From Dimorphilus gyrociliatus (lineage: Eukaryota > Animalia > Annelida): a stretch of 64,000 bases of DNA. The notes under the pieces are model-generated. The model ran no database searches, had not been told where the DNA came from, and saw only the letters and a list, made by a program, of their open reading frames with translations. Where the stretch lies: assembly GCA_904063045.1 (NCBI GenBank), contig CAJFCJ010000007.1:1867404-1931403 (forward strand). Direction: 5' to 3'. The translations under genes and the position numbers were made by a program. Shown here piece after piece: positions 24,860 to 37,140 of the stretch. Each line of letters opens with the position of its first letter. Position 1 is the stretch's first letter.

Positions 24860-25849
24860 TTAACCACTAAGTCCATCTGTTTCCCTCCTTTGTGGTTGCT
24901 TGACCACATTCCTACTTCGACATCGGCGGTTAGCAAACCAACAAGAAATTTGCGATTCTTCCAAGCCTGTTTCTTGGGCTAATTTTTTTTTATCGGTGGC
25001 ATTCGGATATGGATGAGTCGTGTGTTTGATGTACCAATCGTGAAGGATTTCAACAGCTTGTCTCGGAAGAGAATATTTTCCTCCTTTTCCTCGAGGAGCA
25101 TTTAATTTTAATCTGCCTTCATCCCTAAGTGTACGAATTTCTTGTATCTTTTTCAATTTTCTAGGATGTAGAGAGCTGTTAAAAGGAAGTGTATTATAGT
25201 TGCGAACTCTCCGATTAGCAAACCACTTCTTGACCTGTGAAAGACGGATTCGAGCTCTTATGGCAATTTTCAACATATCGTTGTGAGTAGGGTAGGGATA
25301 ATTAACGTTCTCCTCATACCAGGCCTTCATCAGCTTAATCGTTTCTTCACTAAAGAACTGACGTCGCTTTCTTCTACAAAATAATTCTCCTTCTATATCT
25401 TCTATTAGATAGATCCTTTCCAAACGATAGTGACCATCTACCGCGTTTTTCATTACAATATTCTCCTTGGCTAAAGTCTCAATCGCTTCCTGATTTTCTC
25501 TTTGTAATTTATTTACCTGTAGTCGGTAAGACACGGTAAGCTTATCATTTCCAGCATCGGTCAAGAGTCGAATCAATCTCTCTTCATTCTGTCGTATCAC
25601 ATTTTCGTTTATTTCTTCATTAATTGGAAATTGCACATGATTATTATTTAATATCTGTTTTCTTTCGCCTTCTGACCGAGATCGAATGGTTAAGTCCAAC
25701 GGGCAATCATTAATTATATCTTTTAATTCGCTATTGTCTTGATTGTTTTCTTCTAGACCAAGTAGACTTTGAACTGTAAAGGAACGATACTGACGTATTC
25801 CAGTCTGCAAAGCACCGTTCATGTTTGTGTCTATTTTGAGAATAGACAT
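24860..25849 (-). CDS. Intronless TALE-class homeobox protein with two homeodomains
   Basis: HD1: ENVNYPYPT...VKKWFANRRVR. HD2: KHTTHPYPN...ISCWFANRRCR. Both carry the TALE PYP loop. Confidence 0.9.
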   Translation of the reverse strand: MSILKIDTNMNGALQTGIRQYRSFTVQSLLGLEENNQDNSELKDIINDCPLDLTIRSRSEGERKQILNNNHVQFPINEEINENVIRQNEERLIRLLTDAGNDKLTVSYRLQVNKLQRENQEAIETLAKENIVMKNAVDGHYRLERIYLIEDIEGELFCRRKRRQFFSEETIKLMKAWYEENVNYPYPTHNDMLKIAIRARIRLSQVKKWFANRRVRNYNTLPFNSSLHPRKLKKIQEIRTLRDEGRLKLNAPRGKGGKYSLPRQAVEILHDWYIKHTTHPYPNATDKKKLAQETGLEESQISCWFANRRCRSRNVVKQPQRRETDGLSG

Positions 25850-26508
25850 TCGCTATGTTGGTCGGTTTCGAAGTTTTTACGTGGTCTTAACTATTAAGGA
25901 AAGTTTTTAAACTCTCTTTGCTCAATCAAAATCAAGAAGCAAGTCGGCATTGGGCCCGCCTAGTTTCTACCTTTACACAGAGGTCAAGTTGAATGTTTGA
26001 CAATCTTAAAGCGATTATTAGGGGTAATTAAGCCCCTGATTGCAGCAATTGGCGCCAAACTATCAGTCAGTTTGTCCGAATATCAAAGCCGTGGATTGTC
26101 GGTGTAGATTTACTATTACGCAATTTTTTTGTTTTGCCTTTAGCGCTGAAATGATACGTAACTCATTTCATAACGAAGGTTTCATAACGGTAATGGCGTT
26201 CTAATGGTAATGGCAACACACGATGCTAAATCAATGGACCGTAAACTAACGAGATGACGTGTACAAAGTTGAGATTACCATTATAATCTGACAAGTAGGT
26301 CGGACAGCTTTCATTGTAAGTAGGCGGAGTATTCTCCTAGTTTCCTTGAATCCGAATTTTTTATTTATTTAGTAAAACATATTGATAAAGATAATTTATT
26401 TGAAAAACACTATCAGTCTTACTCAGATTTATAATTGCTCAGATCGGCACTTGGCGCGCTTCCGGCGTCCTGGAAGGATATAAACGCCAGCGACAGCAGC
26501 TAAACAAC

Positions 26509-27206
26509 ATGTCGACATTGTCTGCTAACGAAACTTTACTTCTACAGCAAAGTGTAAAAATAGAAAATGGTGTCTATAAAGTTCCAAAAAAGATCCAAAC
26601 CTTGGCTCTTGAATTAAGACGAAAATATTGCCCCTTCTCTGAGAAGAAGGAAGGATTTTGTAAAGCCATCTGGGATGGAATAGTTTGCTGGCCGTCTGTT
26701 AAAGCGAATAAGACGATTGAATTAGCTTGTCCTGAATACATTGATGGATTTCGCGTAGATGGGAATGCAAGTAAAACATGCGATGAGAATGGTGAATGGA
26801 AAATTTACCCCTCACTCAATTTTTCACACTGGACAAATTACTCGTTATGCACAGTTGAAAAGGGTCTATGCGAAAAGAAGATTTTCGTAAGTGAATATTA
26901 GCATTATATACTGACTAATAGTAATTTGGAGTTTTATTTAGAATATATTAACTCCTATTCAAGTCATCTCTAATTCTGGTTATACAATATCGCTAATTTC
27001 GCTGGTATTAGCAGTCATTATCATGCTTCTATTCAGGTAGGAACATCTGAATATAATGTTAAAAAAAAAGCTAAAAAAAGCTGCTTTATTACAAATATGA
27101 TGTAGGATATCTTGAATATTGTTGATGAAATTTTTAAATTATAAATGTTGAATGAATATATGAAATATACATATATAATAGTATATACAGTACAGTATAT
27201 ATTCAG

Positions 27207-27248
<42 letters not shown>

Positions 27249-28421
27249 TAATCCTCTTAACAGAACAAATTATCACAAATCTTTATAAATCATGTTTTGT
27301 TTGTAGAAAACTACGTTGTTCACGGAATTGGTTACACATTAATCTGTTCATGTCTTTTATTCTGCGAAGTTGCATGACTCTCCTGAAAGAGCAACTTCTT
27401 GTTGAAGGTGTTGGGTTAAAGTCGGATGTCGAATATGACGAAAAGAAAAAGGTTTACTTCAAAGACGATTCTACGGTATTCACTTTTATTGCTTCCTATT
27501 TTCGCATTAACTAATTAGCTTTTAAAACTAGCATTGGCAGTGTAGGCTACTGTTTTCCATTTTTAATTACGCATTGGCATCTAATCATGTTTGGATTTTC
27601 ATCGAAGGTCTATATTTACATAAGTTACTTTTCCTTTTCGTATTCTCTGAATCAAAATCTGTAAAATGGTATGTTTTATGCGGTTGGTTTACCCCTCTTC
27701 TCTCTATCGTACCGTGGATTTGCGTAAGATTTTATCTGGAAAATGTTTTGTAAGTATCTTCCTTTAATCTATTATAATTTTAAAAACGCCTGTGCTTTGT
27801 ACTGTATCTAGTCAATAACATGTTATTGCAATTATATTCTACTAATTTTATACTGCACAATAATAACTTATTATTTTTAGGTGCTGGAATACACATCCAA
27901 CGGATTCCTACTTCTGGATACTGCAAGGCCCATTGGTAGCTCTCGTAATAGTTAACTTTGGCTTTTTCGTAAACATTCTACGGGTTCTTTTTTCTAAATT
28001 AAAAGCAACTAATTCGGGAGAAGTAAAAAAATATAGAAAGCTGGCAAAATCAACTCTAGTGCTCATTCCTCTGTTTGGTGTACATTACATAGTTTTTATA
28101 GGTTTAACAAAAGATGCTTGTAACATCCTCCCACAACCTCACGGCTATCATGTTGAAGTGGCAAAATTATTTTTCGAAATGTTCTTTAACAGTTTCCAAG
28201 GGCTAATTGTATCAATTTTGTTCTGTTTCGCAAATGGAGAAGTTCAAAGTGAATTACGGAAAGTATACGTTCGATTTAGAACCTCTGGTAGGATCTCAAG
28301 GAACGTAAAAGGCGATTCTTGTACTATTTCATCACTACAATTCGATAACTACAACAACAAGAAACAAACGAACCACTTGAAAGTTGCCGAGCACGTGCTG
28401 CTAATTGAAAGCAAGCTATGA
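26509..28421 (+). CDS. Class B (secretin family) GPCR, PTH-receptor-like, 5 exons
   Basis: Hormone-binding domain C...WDGIVCWP...CPEYI...C...G.[67 protein letters not shown]. Confidence 0.93.
27208..27244. repeat. (TA)n microsatellite inside a GPCR intron
   Basis: Direct reading. Confidence 0.9.
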
Positions 28422-30825
28422 GAGATAGAATATTACAAAATTAAATTAAAATCGAAAAAAGAGGGAAGAATATTATAGGATGTACACGCATATTGCAAAA
28501 GTTTGATACGTATTTTTGCTGTCAAACCTGTCTAAAAGCGGTATTTTAATAGGAGTCCTATATATGTACAAATAAAAAAATGAATAATCATAAATATAAA
28601 TATATGTACAGTATTCTATATATGTATTGCATGACGGAAAAGAAATAAGTGTAATAATACATTCAAGTAAGTAAAGCAATTGAATACACAAAACATGAAT
28701 AGTTGTATAATGAAAAAGTAATAAAAGTTTTATCATGACAACTATAGACAAATTAAATCTTCAATCTTCCTTTTATTTTATTGTCAATGAAAACTTGCTT
28801 CCAGCAGATGGTCTTCTGTATTTTGTTGTGTTACGCTTAATCTTCACAATGCTAACGTATTACCTTAAGCGCAAGATGGCGTGCTTTTTTATATTAAGAT
28901 TTGCTGTCGTTTATTGTATGAAGATAAACAAGGGAGCAATGAGAAAAAAAGAGGGGAAATTGTTGTATGTACGAAGACATAATGCTAACAAAATTGATTA
29001 GTATATGAACAACGGCAGCAACTCCAATAAAAACGCGTTGCTGCAGAACGCTTGCACAGCTAATGGTCTTCTTAAAGGACTCTAATAAACTTTTACTGCG
29101 AAAAAGTATCAATACTAAGGTGTTATCCATCATATTACGAACGGGCTCTATATTAATAGCATTATATCTAAATTAAAGATAAGGAATTCTCGTTTTTGAT
29201 TTCCTTATCGAAAACCCATCTGACGAAACTAAGTTAATACTTATACTCGTTGCTTCAATATGTACCAACTCAATAGCTTTTAGGAAAACCTTGTTAGTAC
29301 AAAAAGTAGTTTAGTTTAATATTTCCCTTAAAAAAGACTTGTCATTACCTTTTGGCAAACGTATAAATTAAATGCTCTATTCTCAGTATAAGAAAAAATT
29401 ACGATTTTACTATGATCATAGTATGCTGTCCATACACACACGAACCTATCAAATATCTTTAAATTCCATTTCTATACGCAGATGACATGTTTATATTCCG
29501 ATATTAAGAAACAAGTTTATTTATTTTTTTATTAAAGATCTTATCTCTAATTAAATTTGAAACCAGTTGAAAATGTTTGCTGTAATATATTATTTTTAGA
29601 ACTAATGTTTTTTCCACCTATTCCATCGTAGGCCTATTACAAGCACAAAAAATCATGAAATATGATAGAGAATGTAAACTTATCCAAAGATTGTTAAAAA
29701 TGGATAGTTTCCTTTATACTACTGCCTCGAAATTTCAAGTTAATTTTTAGGTATATATTGCTATAAATAATTAAGAACTAAGCTATACGTCTATTTTCGG
29801 ATCAGACTAGTAGCCTCATATTTTTTCCCAAACTAATTAGTCTAAATGCACTAGAATAGTATTCGTACGTAAATAAAAATACAGGATTATTATTATGGTT
29901 TATTAAGGAATTGTGATTAAAAAAATAATAGAATAGCTACCTGTTTTTTTTGTTTTTTTAGAAAAACAAAGCATCAAACGTTATTTCAATTGAAAAGAAA
30001 ATATCGTTCCCAATGAAGGACGAATTCCATATGATGAAATAATGGTTCAATTTTGGTTTATAAGAGAAACATATTATATACTATACAATTATAGTATATT
30101 TTCACTATGACTCCATCCATAACTGTAGAATTGTATTTTTTCTTTACTTTTTAAAATTTTTCAATAAGGTAAATGATATCAACATTAGGTTTATCAATAG
30201 AAAAAACCCAGCCCTTCTAATAGTTTAATAAACCACAGATTGAGGACAAATTCAGTCTCTGTTATTTTTAAACTGCAAGAGTTGTAAGAGGAAAAAGATA
30301 GGTAATTTGATAGTAAGTATCGAGTTCTCTCAAGAAAGACTGACAGAGATTGCACTAGATGAAAGTATAACTATATGAGTAAGTGAAAGTAAATGATTTT
30401 TAAAAGTATGATATTAAAAATATAGTATTAAAAATTTTATATGGTCTAATAGATGTAGAGGTATGTTGTTTTGTAATTTCAGGTGGATGAGAGAAAAGGA
30501 ATCATTTTTCAATAAACTATCATTACTCATGTTAGTATTTGCTAACAAATAAAGATCCGCTTGTAAGAGATTAGCGTACATAGTTTTAAAAAGAATAGAT
30601 TGTCTAAGATATTCTTGCATCAAAGATTTAAATTTAATAACATAGACATGTAAAACTTTCCTCTACTTCTCTATAATTCTTTCTCATTTCGTTGACGAAA
30701 ACTGTGATAAATTTTCGTTTTTTTTTTAAATTCGATTTCGAGAAGATGAAATTCAATTTTTTTTAAAAGAAGAATTCTAAAAAAGGACCGATTTTTACTT
30801 TTTCTGCAGTTTTATATAAATATAC

Positions 30826-30856
30826 TATATATATATATATTGTATATATATATATA
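30826..30856. repeat. Interrupted (TA)n microsatellite
   Basis: Direct reading. Confidence 0.8.
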
Positions 30857-31645
30857 CAAGCAATTGTAAAAGCGTTAACATGCAGCTTCAATGTTAAGAA
30901 GCAGACACATCATCTACACTTCCGGAAATTACAATTACTTTTCCATACCTGCTAAATATAAACTTTGACCAGGTTTACAATAAAAATCTGGTAGTTGGGT
31001 AGGAAGTATTCACATTAATTCTATTTATCTCCTGCTTCTAAGTAAAGAGGACGAGACGTAGGCTAATAAATTTAATTATGATGAAAAAATTAAAAGAGAG
31101 AACCTGGACATCTTCTATTTTTGAATCAACATCAAATATCAAAGCAATGTATATCTATCTAGTTCGTCTTGATAATGAAATAAAAATAACATAATTTGTA
31201 TATTCATTCAAAGGAAAAACTAAAATAAATATTACAGTCTCTCAATTATATCAAAAAATAACTGTCAAGCTACTGATTGATGAAAAGATATTGGAAAATC
31301 AACCGCGATAACTTCTCTTTTCTAGCACAGATTAATAAGCTATCCTTATTAATAATCCTTAGGTGCAATAGTAATACTGAGATATAACAAAAAACAACAA
31401 AGCGTCATAAGATTTAGACCGAGTAAGATGATTCGTTGGTTACCTGATGAAATAGAAATTGTTTTTCTCTTATTAAAGATATTTTTAACAATTGTCGTTT
31501 GCGTCGTTTAGTTTATTGACAAACTATTTTGATTGTGATGATTGTGGTGAAGCAACAAATTACCGAATGTGAAATAAACTTGAATTATATGATTCATGGA
31601 ATGGTGAATTGCATGCGGCTAATTCAGGTGCCCTCATATACAAAA

Positions 31646-32975
31646 CTAGCAATCTGTGTAATTTTTTTCCATAATGTAGTCGACTGGCTTAATGCACCAG
31701 GTGGCTTTAGTGTTGTCATATATCGTTGTAGAAGCCGGACTCCTAGCTGACATTCTCCGGTGGAGGAGAAACAGTAAAATTATTGGTAAAATAAAAGCAA
31801 TAAAAATTCCACCAATGGAAGCTGCTACAAAAGTACCAAAATAGACGACCTTATTTGACATTCCGTAATTCTTTCCAACTGCTCTGGCTAAACAGAACAA
31901 CAATGCCGTAGACGGTTTCCAGACGCCTTTTAAGCACGTCATACTCGTTGGTTGTCCGTGCTTAGAGCAGCCTTCCACTATCAACCTCGTGCTGTCTGTG
32001 CCATTCAAACGTCTTACCTGACTCGTAGCCGGAAGTGAGAGTAGGCTTATTGACGCCAAACTGCACGAGCTTCTCGTAACTGACATGAAAAAAAAATACA
32101 ACTACAAGACAAAATTAAATTATATTAAGATGAATAAACGATATTATAATGAAATAAATGTAACATACGGGAAGAGAAATGAATTAAGATAGGTCTTGTG
32201 AATCCTTTACGCGTTAGAGCGAAGGAGAGACGGTTGGTTAACGAAGTGAAGACGAGTTTCCAGTTGGATAATGGACAGACATTAGTATCGAAGACAATGC
32301 TCTCTTCGCTGATGCTCATTGAAGTACAAGATTCAGATGTATCGAATATTCTAAGTGAGATCGCTCGACCCTCTGGCACGTTTAGTGTCCATGAACATGG
32401 ACAAGCTATAGAATGGAGTATATAAGCAGATTCTCTTTCCTTGAGCTCTCGATTCGGGCACAAGGGTGCTTCACAGGATTTAATAATAATTTTTTTACAA
32501 GAATAACGAACATATAAGTGAACACGAAGTTCTGAAAAACACTCGTCTGAACGAGGAATTTCGTTAACTTTCAGCTGACATTCTCTTTTTGACATACATA
32601 TTTGGCGTAATTCGCGTAACACACTTCGTTTACATCCAAAATATCCCATTGCTTCTTCAATGCACTTCCCAATGCGTATTCGACCAAGATATCCTTCTTG
32701 AATTAGAATAACTTCATCCGCTTGAAGACACTTCAAATGCATTATTTCATTGTCACAGTATTCCAACAGTTTTTCGTCACCTGTTAAAAGGATATATTAA
32801 GATACTAAATGCGTAACCTCGAATCTTATCTCTTCCTAAGCTAAATATAATACAACATTTCCTTTTATGAAAATTAAAACTTTCTTACAGCTATTTTAGA
32901 ATTAAATTTCTTACCGGTTTTGATTCGGATGGGAAAGAGAGCAATGAAACACAAAAAGAATACTTGATGATACAT
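31646..32975 (-). CDS. Type I membrane protein: signal peptide, SUEL/galactose-binding lectin, CUB-like domain, sushi-like domain, TM helix; 3 exons
   Basis: Exon 1 MYHQVFFLCFIALFPIRIKT. SUEL pattern C...L.C...VI.I..GYLGR...C...C...C..KREC...C...LYVRYSC. CSWTLNVPEG (CUB-like). TM helix GGIFIAFILPIILLFLL. Confidence 0.75.
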
Positions 32976-33703
32976 CAGCACTTAAATAGTTTTTATACAC
33001 TTTACAGAATGCTCATCGAATGCAAAATATTGAATCGAATAGGGCGTTTTTCGCACCAAATTGACTCGAGAGGGCGCTTTTTTAGATCTAAGAGTCTGTT
33101 CGTTGCGTTCTTTCCGGTGTGCGCCGTCTATATTTAGGTTTAATGTATCGCTAAATGTGTAGAGATATGTATGCCCATTTCAAAACAGCTTCCATTAGAA
33201 TTTTCAAAAGTTGCCTAATCTGCAGATGGAGCAAGAAAAGCGAGATTAATGAGAAACATTTATAAGGCGTGAAGAGGAAACTGTTCCGTTTTTCGCTCTC
33301 TGGAAAAACCTTAGAAGCGCTGTCACTAATTAACAAGTAATTTGGAAAAAGAGAAAGAATGATATACTTATGGAGTAGAACAATGCTTCCATTTTCATTT
33401 TTCACAATACCTTTGGAGTTTGTCAAGTACCATTATATTAGTTTTCAGAGCCTTGTCTTGAAACTAATATACATTTTTAACACTTTATGATTTATCTATC
33501 ACATAGCTATAATATTTAAAATGAAGATATACATAAATCTTCCCAAAAGTTTTTTTAGCAAACAAACTTTTTCAATTTAATGAAAAGCTATAGCTGCCAA
33601 AAGGTATAAACTATAGCTTATGAAATTTTTTATATTGCATGAGCAGCCGCCAGGTGACGGTGCAATTGTTTGTCCTATCTTACTGTTCATTGCGGTGAGA
33701 ACA

Positions 33704-34243
33704 ATGACGAATGTAAAGTGGGTTGTATTCGTTTTGCCGCTCTTACTTATTCAAACTACCCAACAGAAGGGAGAAAAGCAATGGCTACATACAAAGCATG
33801 TTGTATTCTCCAATTCCGCACGTCAGTTGGTCCTTTATGGTGGTAGCAAGCTATGGATTACTTGTTTCACCAGTACGAGTAAAAATGACACGAAACCTTA
33901 CTTAAGTTTTCATGTATGTAAGAGGTAATTCTCTTTAATTTTGTTCTAGTATTTTATTCTTTTGAACTAGTGGCTCTGGATGGGTGTGAAGAAGACTTTA
34001 CGGCGGTCCGATCATTTACCAGGTTTGACTCTGCAAGACGGACAGCACGTAACGGCCGATAGTCTTTTAACGTGGCGACATATGATAATAAAACCGGGAT
34101 GTCAGCAGTGGATGAGACTAGGGAACAATAGTTTCGATTGCTCTATCAGTGATGGCCGACAAGTTAAATGGGCTCAGAAATTTGACGTGAAACTTTTACA
34201 CCCCGAGGAGTTCTGGAGACGGGGCGACAGTAGTGATGTGTAA
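33704..34243 (+). CDS. Small secreted single-Ig-domain protein (about 160 aa), intron 33914-33970
   Basis: Joining CAT|gtatgt to gaactag|TGG fuses two ORF-track fragments in frame. The product has a hydrophobic leader, LVLYGGSKLWITC, FHWLW and SFDC, with Cys-Cys spacing of 73 aa. Confidence 0.6.
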
Positions 34244-34401
34244 TGTATAAAACGTATCCATATAAAGTTTACATGTACAAGTACACCAAAGCGTTCATTA
34301 TCTGGCTTCCTTTAATTTCCAGAAAAAAATCTATTTTTGAATTACATATACATAATATATACATATAAATAAATATAATAAATAAAACACATATACTATA
34401 T

Positions 34402-34404
<3 letters not shown>

Positions 34405-34445
<41 letters not shown>
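34405..34445. repeat. (TA)n microsatellite
   Basis: Direct reading. Confidence 0.9.
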
Positions 34446-34448
<3 letters not shown>

Positions 34449-35364
34449 TTTCTGAGATAATTCATGTGTATTATCATATATATGTATATGTGATTTATTC
34501 TACGAAATAGTCGCTTTATTTATATATATATGTAATCAGATACACATTTGATGTAGTAGATCTGCTGCTGAACGGCTGAATGATTGAACAACTGAAACTA
34601 CTCCTTATACAATACCTTCTGCTTAATTTTTGCTGGCAAGTTAGGGAAACTACGCACTTATGTAGGCGTAATTTGCCTTTTATAGACATCTATAGTGCAG
34701 CCCTACTTATAACTCTTATTAATATAGATGTATTGTTGCGCTAAGTTTTCGCGAGACTCCAAAGAATTGAAGAACCACTGACGATGAAAATATTTTTCAT
34801 TATATAACAAATTTTGAGTCGGTGGATCGCAGTCTAAAAGTAATTATTAATCCAAAAAGTCTTTAATCCATCATCAGGATAAGTATTTAGTAATAATTCT
34901 TTTAGCCTGTTTTATTGCAGTTTGTTCTATTTATTGTAAGTAATTGGAACAAAAGCTTTTTTATTTTTGTACTCAAGGAAAATCATGTAAAATATGATCC
35001 GACTAATTCATTACCAAAAAGCAAAAACTATTTCCGGTAGCCTGATACCTTAGCTGGCTTAGTCCCTTTTCGAAATGTGATATAAATAAGAAAATTTTCG
35101 CGGATAAGTATCTAATGAGCGTTGAATCTTATAAATATTAAAAACCATTACTAGCCACCTAAAATCAAAGAAAAATACATCTGACTTTTAATTTCCAATT
35201 TTTAATACCAGGAATTAGAGAAGGCTTTAGACCGTTATTTTCCTTCTTTACAATTCTGTCAATTATTTATTACCATATTATTTTTACAGTCAAGAGCAGT
35301 ACAAATATGAAATAGTAAAGATATCTCTCTTAAACACACAACCATACATATAAATATATATTTG

Positions 35365-35391
<27 letters not shown>
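35365..35391. repeat. (TA)n microsatellite in the CCDC47 3' region
   Basis: Direct reading. Confidence 0.85.
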
Positions 35392-35395
<4 letters not shown>

Positions 35396-35506
35396 TGTAT
35401 ATATATAACCACTTTCACAAATTAGTTGAACGATATATAGAACTAAAAATTATAAAAAGCTATTAGATCGCCTAGAACAAATACATTTTATTAACGCTTT
35501 AACGAT

Positions 35507-37140
35507 TTAGGCCTTAACCTTCATCATTTTCATTTTAGGAACTCTCTTTCTTGCTTCTTTTCGATTTTCTTTTTCCTTAAAATAGTAAAATAAATTTTTT
35601 AAGCATTAAATCACTTTTATTCAAAGGTTTATACCTCTAGCTTTCTTTGCTTTTCTGGATCACCCTCATTCATGATCCTTTCCTTTTCTGCTCGTCGCTT
35701 TTCGTCACGCCTAGCTTGGGCTGCTTCTTGACGTTGAGCATGGGCAGCTTTATGAAATTTCTCCTCTACTCGTGCCCGATTTTTATCAGCTTTCATTTTT
35801 GCTTCTTTACTTAATCGTATTCGTTTCACTTTGTCAAGACAATTTAATACAACTGTCATTAATTTCTGTACTTCATTCATATCTTTCGTTTCTGAATCTA
35901 AATTAAAACAAAAAATCAGCACTTTTTTTGTTTGCGGAACAACAGCTTGGGGTTGGGTGTCGTCTTGTTGCTTTTGACCAGAATACTGATCAGAAATATG
36001 GATATAACTAATAGATTTTTCATGATTATTTAGTGCGGCCACCATCCGTCTGTCAAGAACAGCTGCTGTTGCTTCGCCTATTTCGGACATAAGGGTAAAG
36101 GAAGTTGGTATTTCGTATTTCTCGGGATTTTTTTTTTCTGTAGAATATAAACTAAGGTCATTCATATCCTTTTGTAATCTCGTGCTTAGCTTCTTATTAG
36201 CGATCAAGAGAACAAAACTATCCATTTCATTTGCATCCATATTTATCCTAATTGTCTGTGAAAAAAATCATCATTAATCTTGTTCCTATATCAGTTACTC
36301 AAAAATTCTTACTAATTGGTCTTGTTGAGGTTTGAAAATTCTTGCTAGAGAAGTCACCAAGTCATGTCTCTTTAACAATCTTAAAGTGACAAGCATTCCC
36401 TCGCAGCCAACTCTGCCTGTACACCATAAGCTATAAACATTCTCAGATTCCTTAAGGAGTTCATTACTGCCAGGTTCGGTTATATCCGTTCCTTGGCCAT
36501 CGTCACCAACAATTGCAAAGTTATCAGATAGTAATTTTTTGTGCGCATTTAGCCACGATTGAGCAATTCTATGGTTTTTAGATTTTCCAGCCAGAAAATT
36601 AAGAAAATATACAGCTAGACCAGAAAGCATTAAAATTTCTAAGTAATAGGAGTCCCAATTAGTTCTTAGATGATGTGGAATTTTAGTTATAGTAAGTGTT
36701 TCTGGCTCTGTCTTTCCTTTCGCATTCGATTTTTGATCTAACCCTTCAAATTCATCACTATCTTGTAAGTGCTCAAATTCATCATCATCCTAATAGCAAG
36801 CAAGTTTTAATAAAAAAGCATATCAACAGTTATCGAGAGTTACCTCCACAATAGCTTCTTCCTCCTCAGCTGTATCATCCTCTGTTTGACTCTTTGGTGA
36901 CTGTGCATCACCTTCTGTTTGAGGTGAAGAATCTTGTTGCTTTAATTCTGGTCTGGTTTCTTCAACATCTAGAAATTGTGAAAACGTGAGCAGAAACACA
37001 AAATAAACTACCTTTTCTGATAAAATACCTTCATCAAAATCTTCAAACTCAGCAAATTCATTATCTTCAGTATTTGTTGAATATAAGGACGGAATGAAGC
37101 TGAAGATAATAAGATATACGATGATGCTAGAATATTTCAT
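35507..37140 (-). CDS. CCDC47: PAT complex subunit CCDC47, multi-exon
   Basis: Signal peptide, acidic lumenal region, GKSKNHRIAQSW, LLKESENVYSLWCTGR, LRLLKRHDLV and LSKEAKMKADKNRARVEE...QRKLE; C-terminus KMKMMKVKA*. Confidence 0.95.

Noticed and set aside
26200-26218. X-box half site ATGGCAAC upstream of the class B GPCR
   Set aside because: The other half does not match the consensus.
28735-29133. Overlapping short ORFs downstream of the class B GPCR
   Set aside because: Low-complexity AT-rich translations with no domain or exon structure; probably 3'UTR or intergenic.
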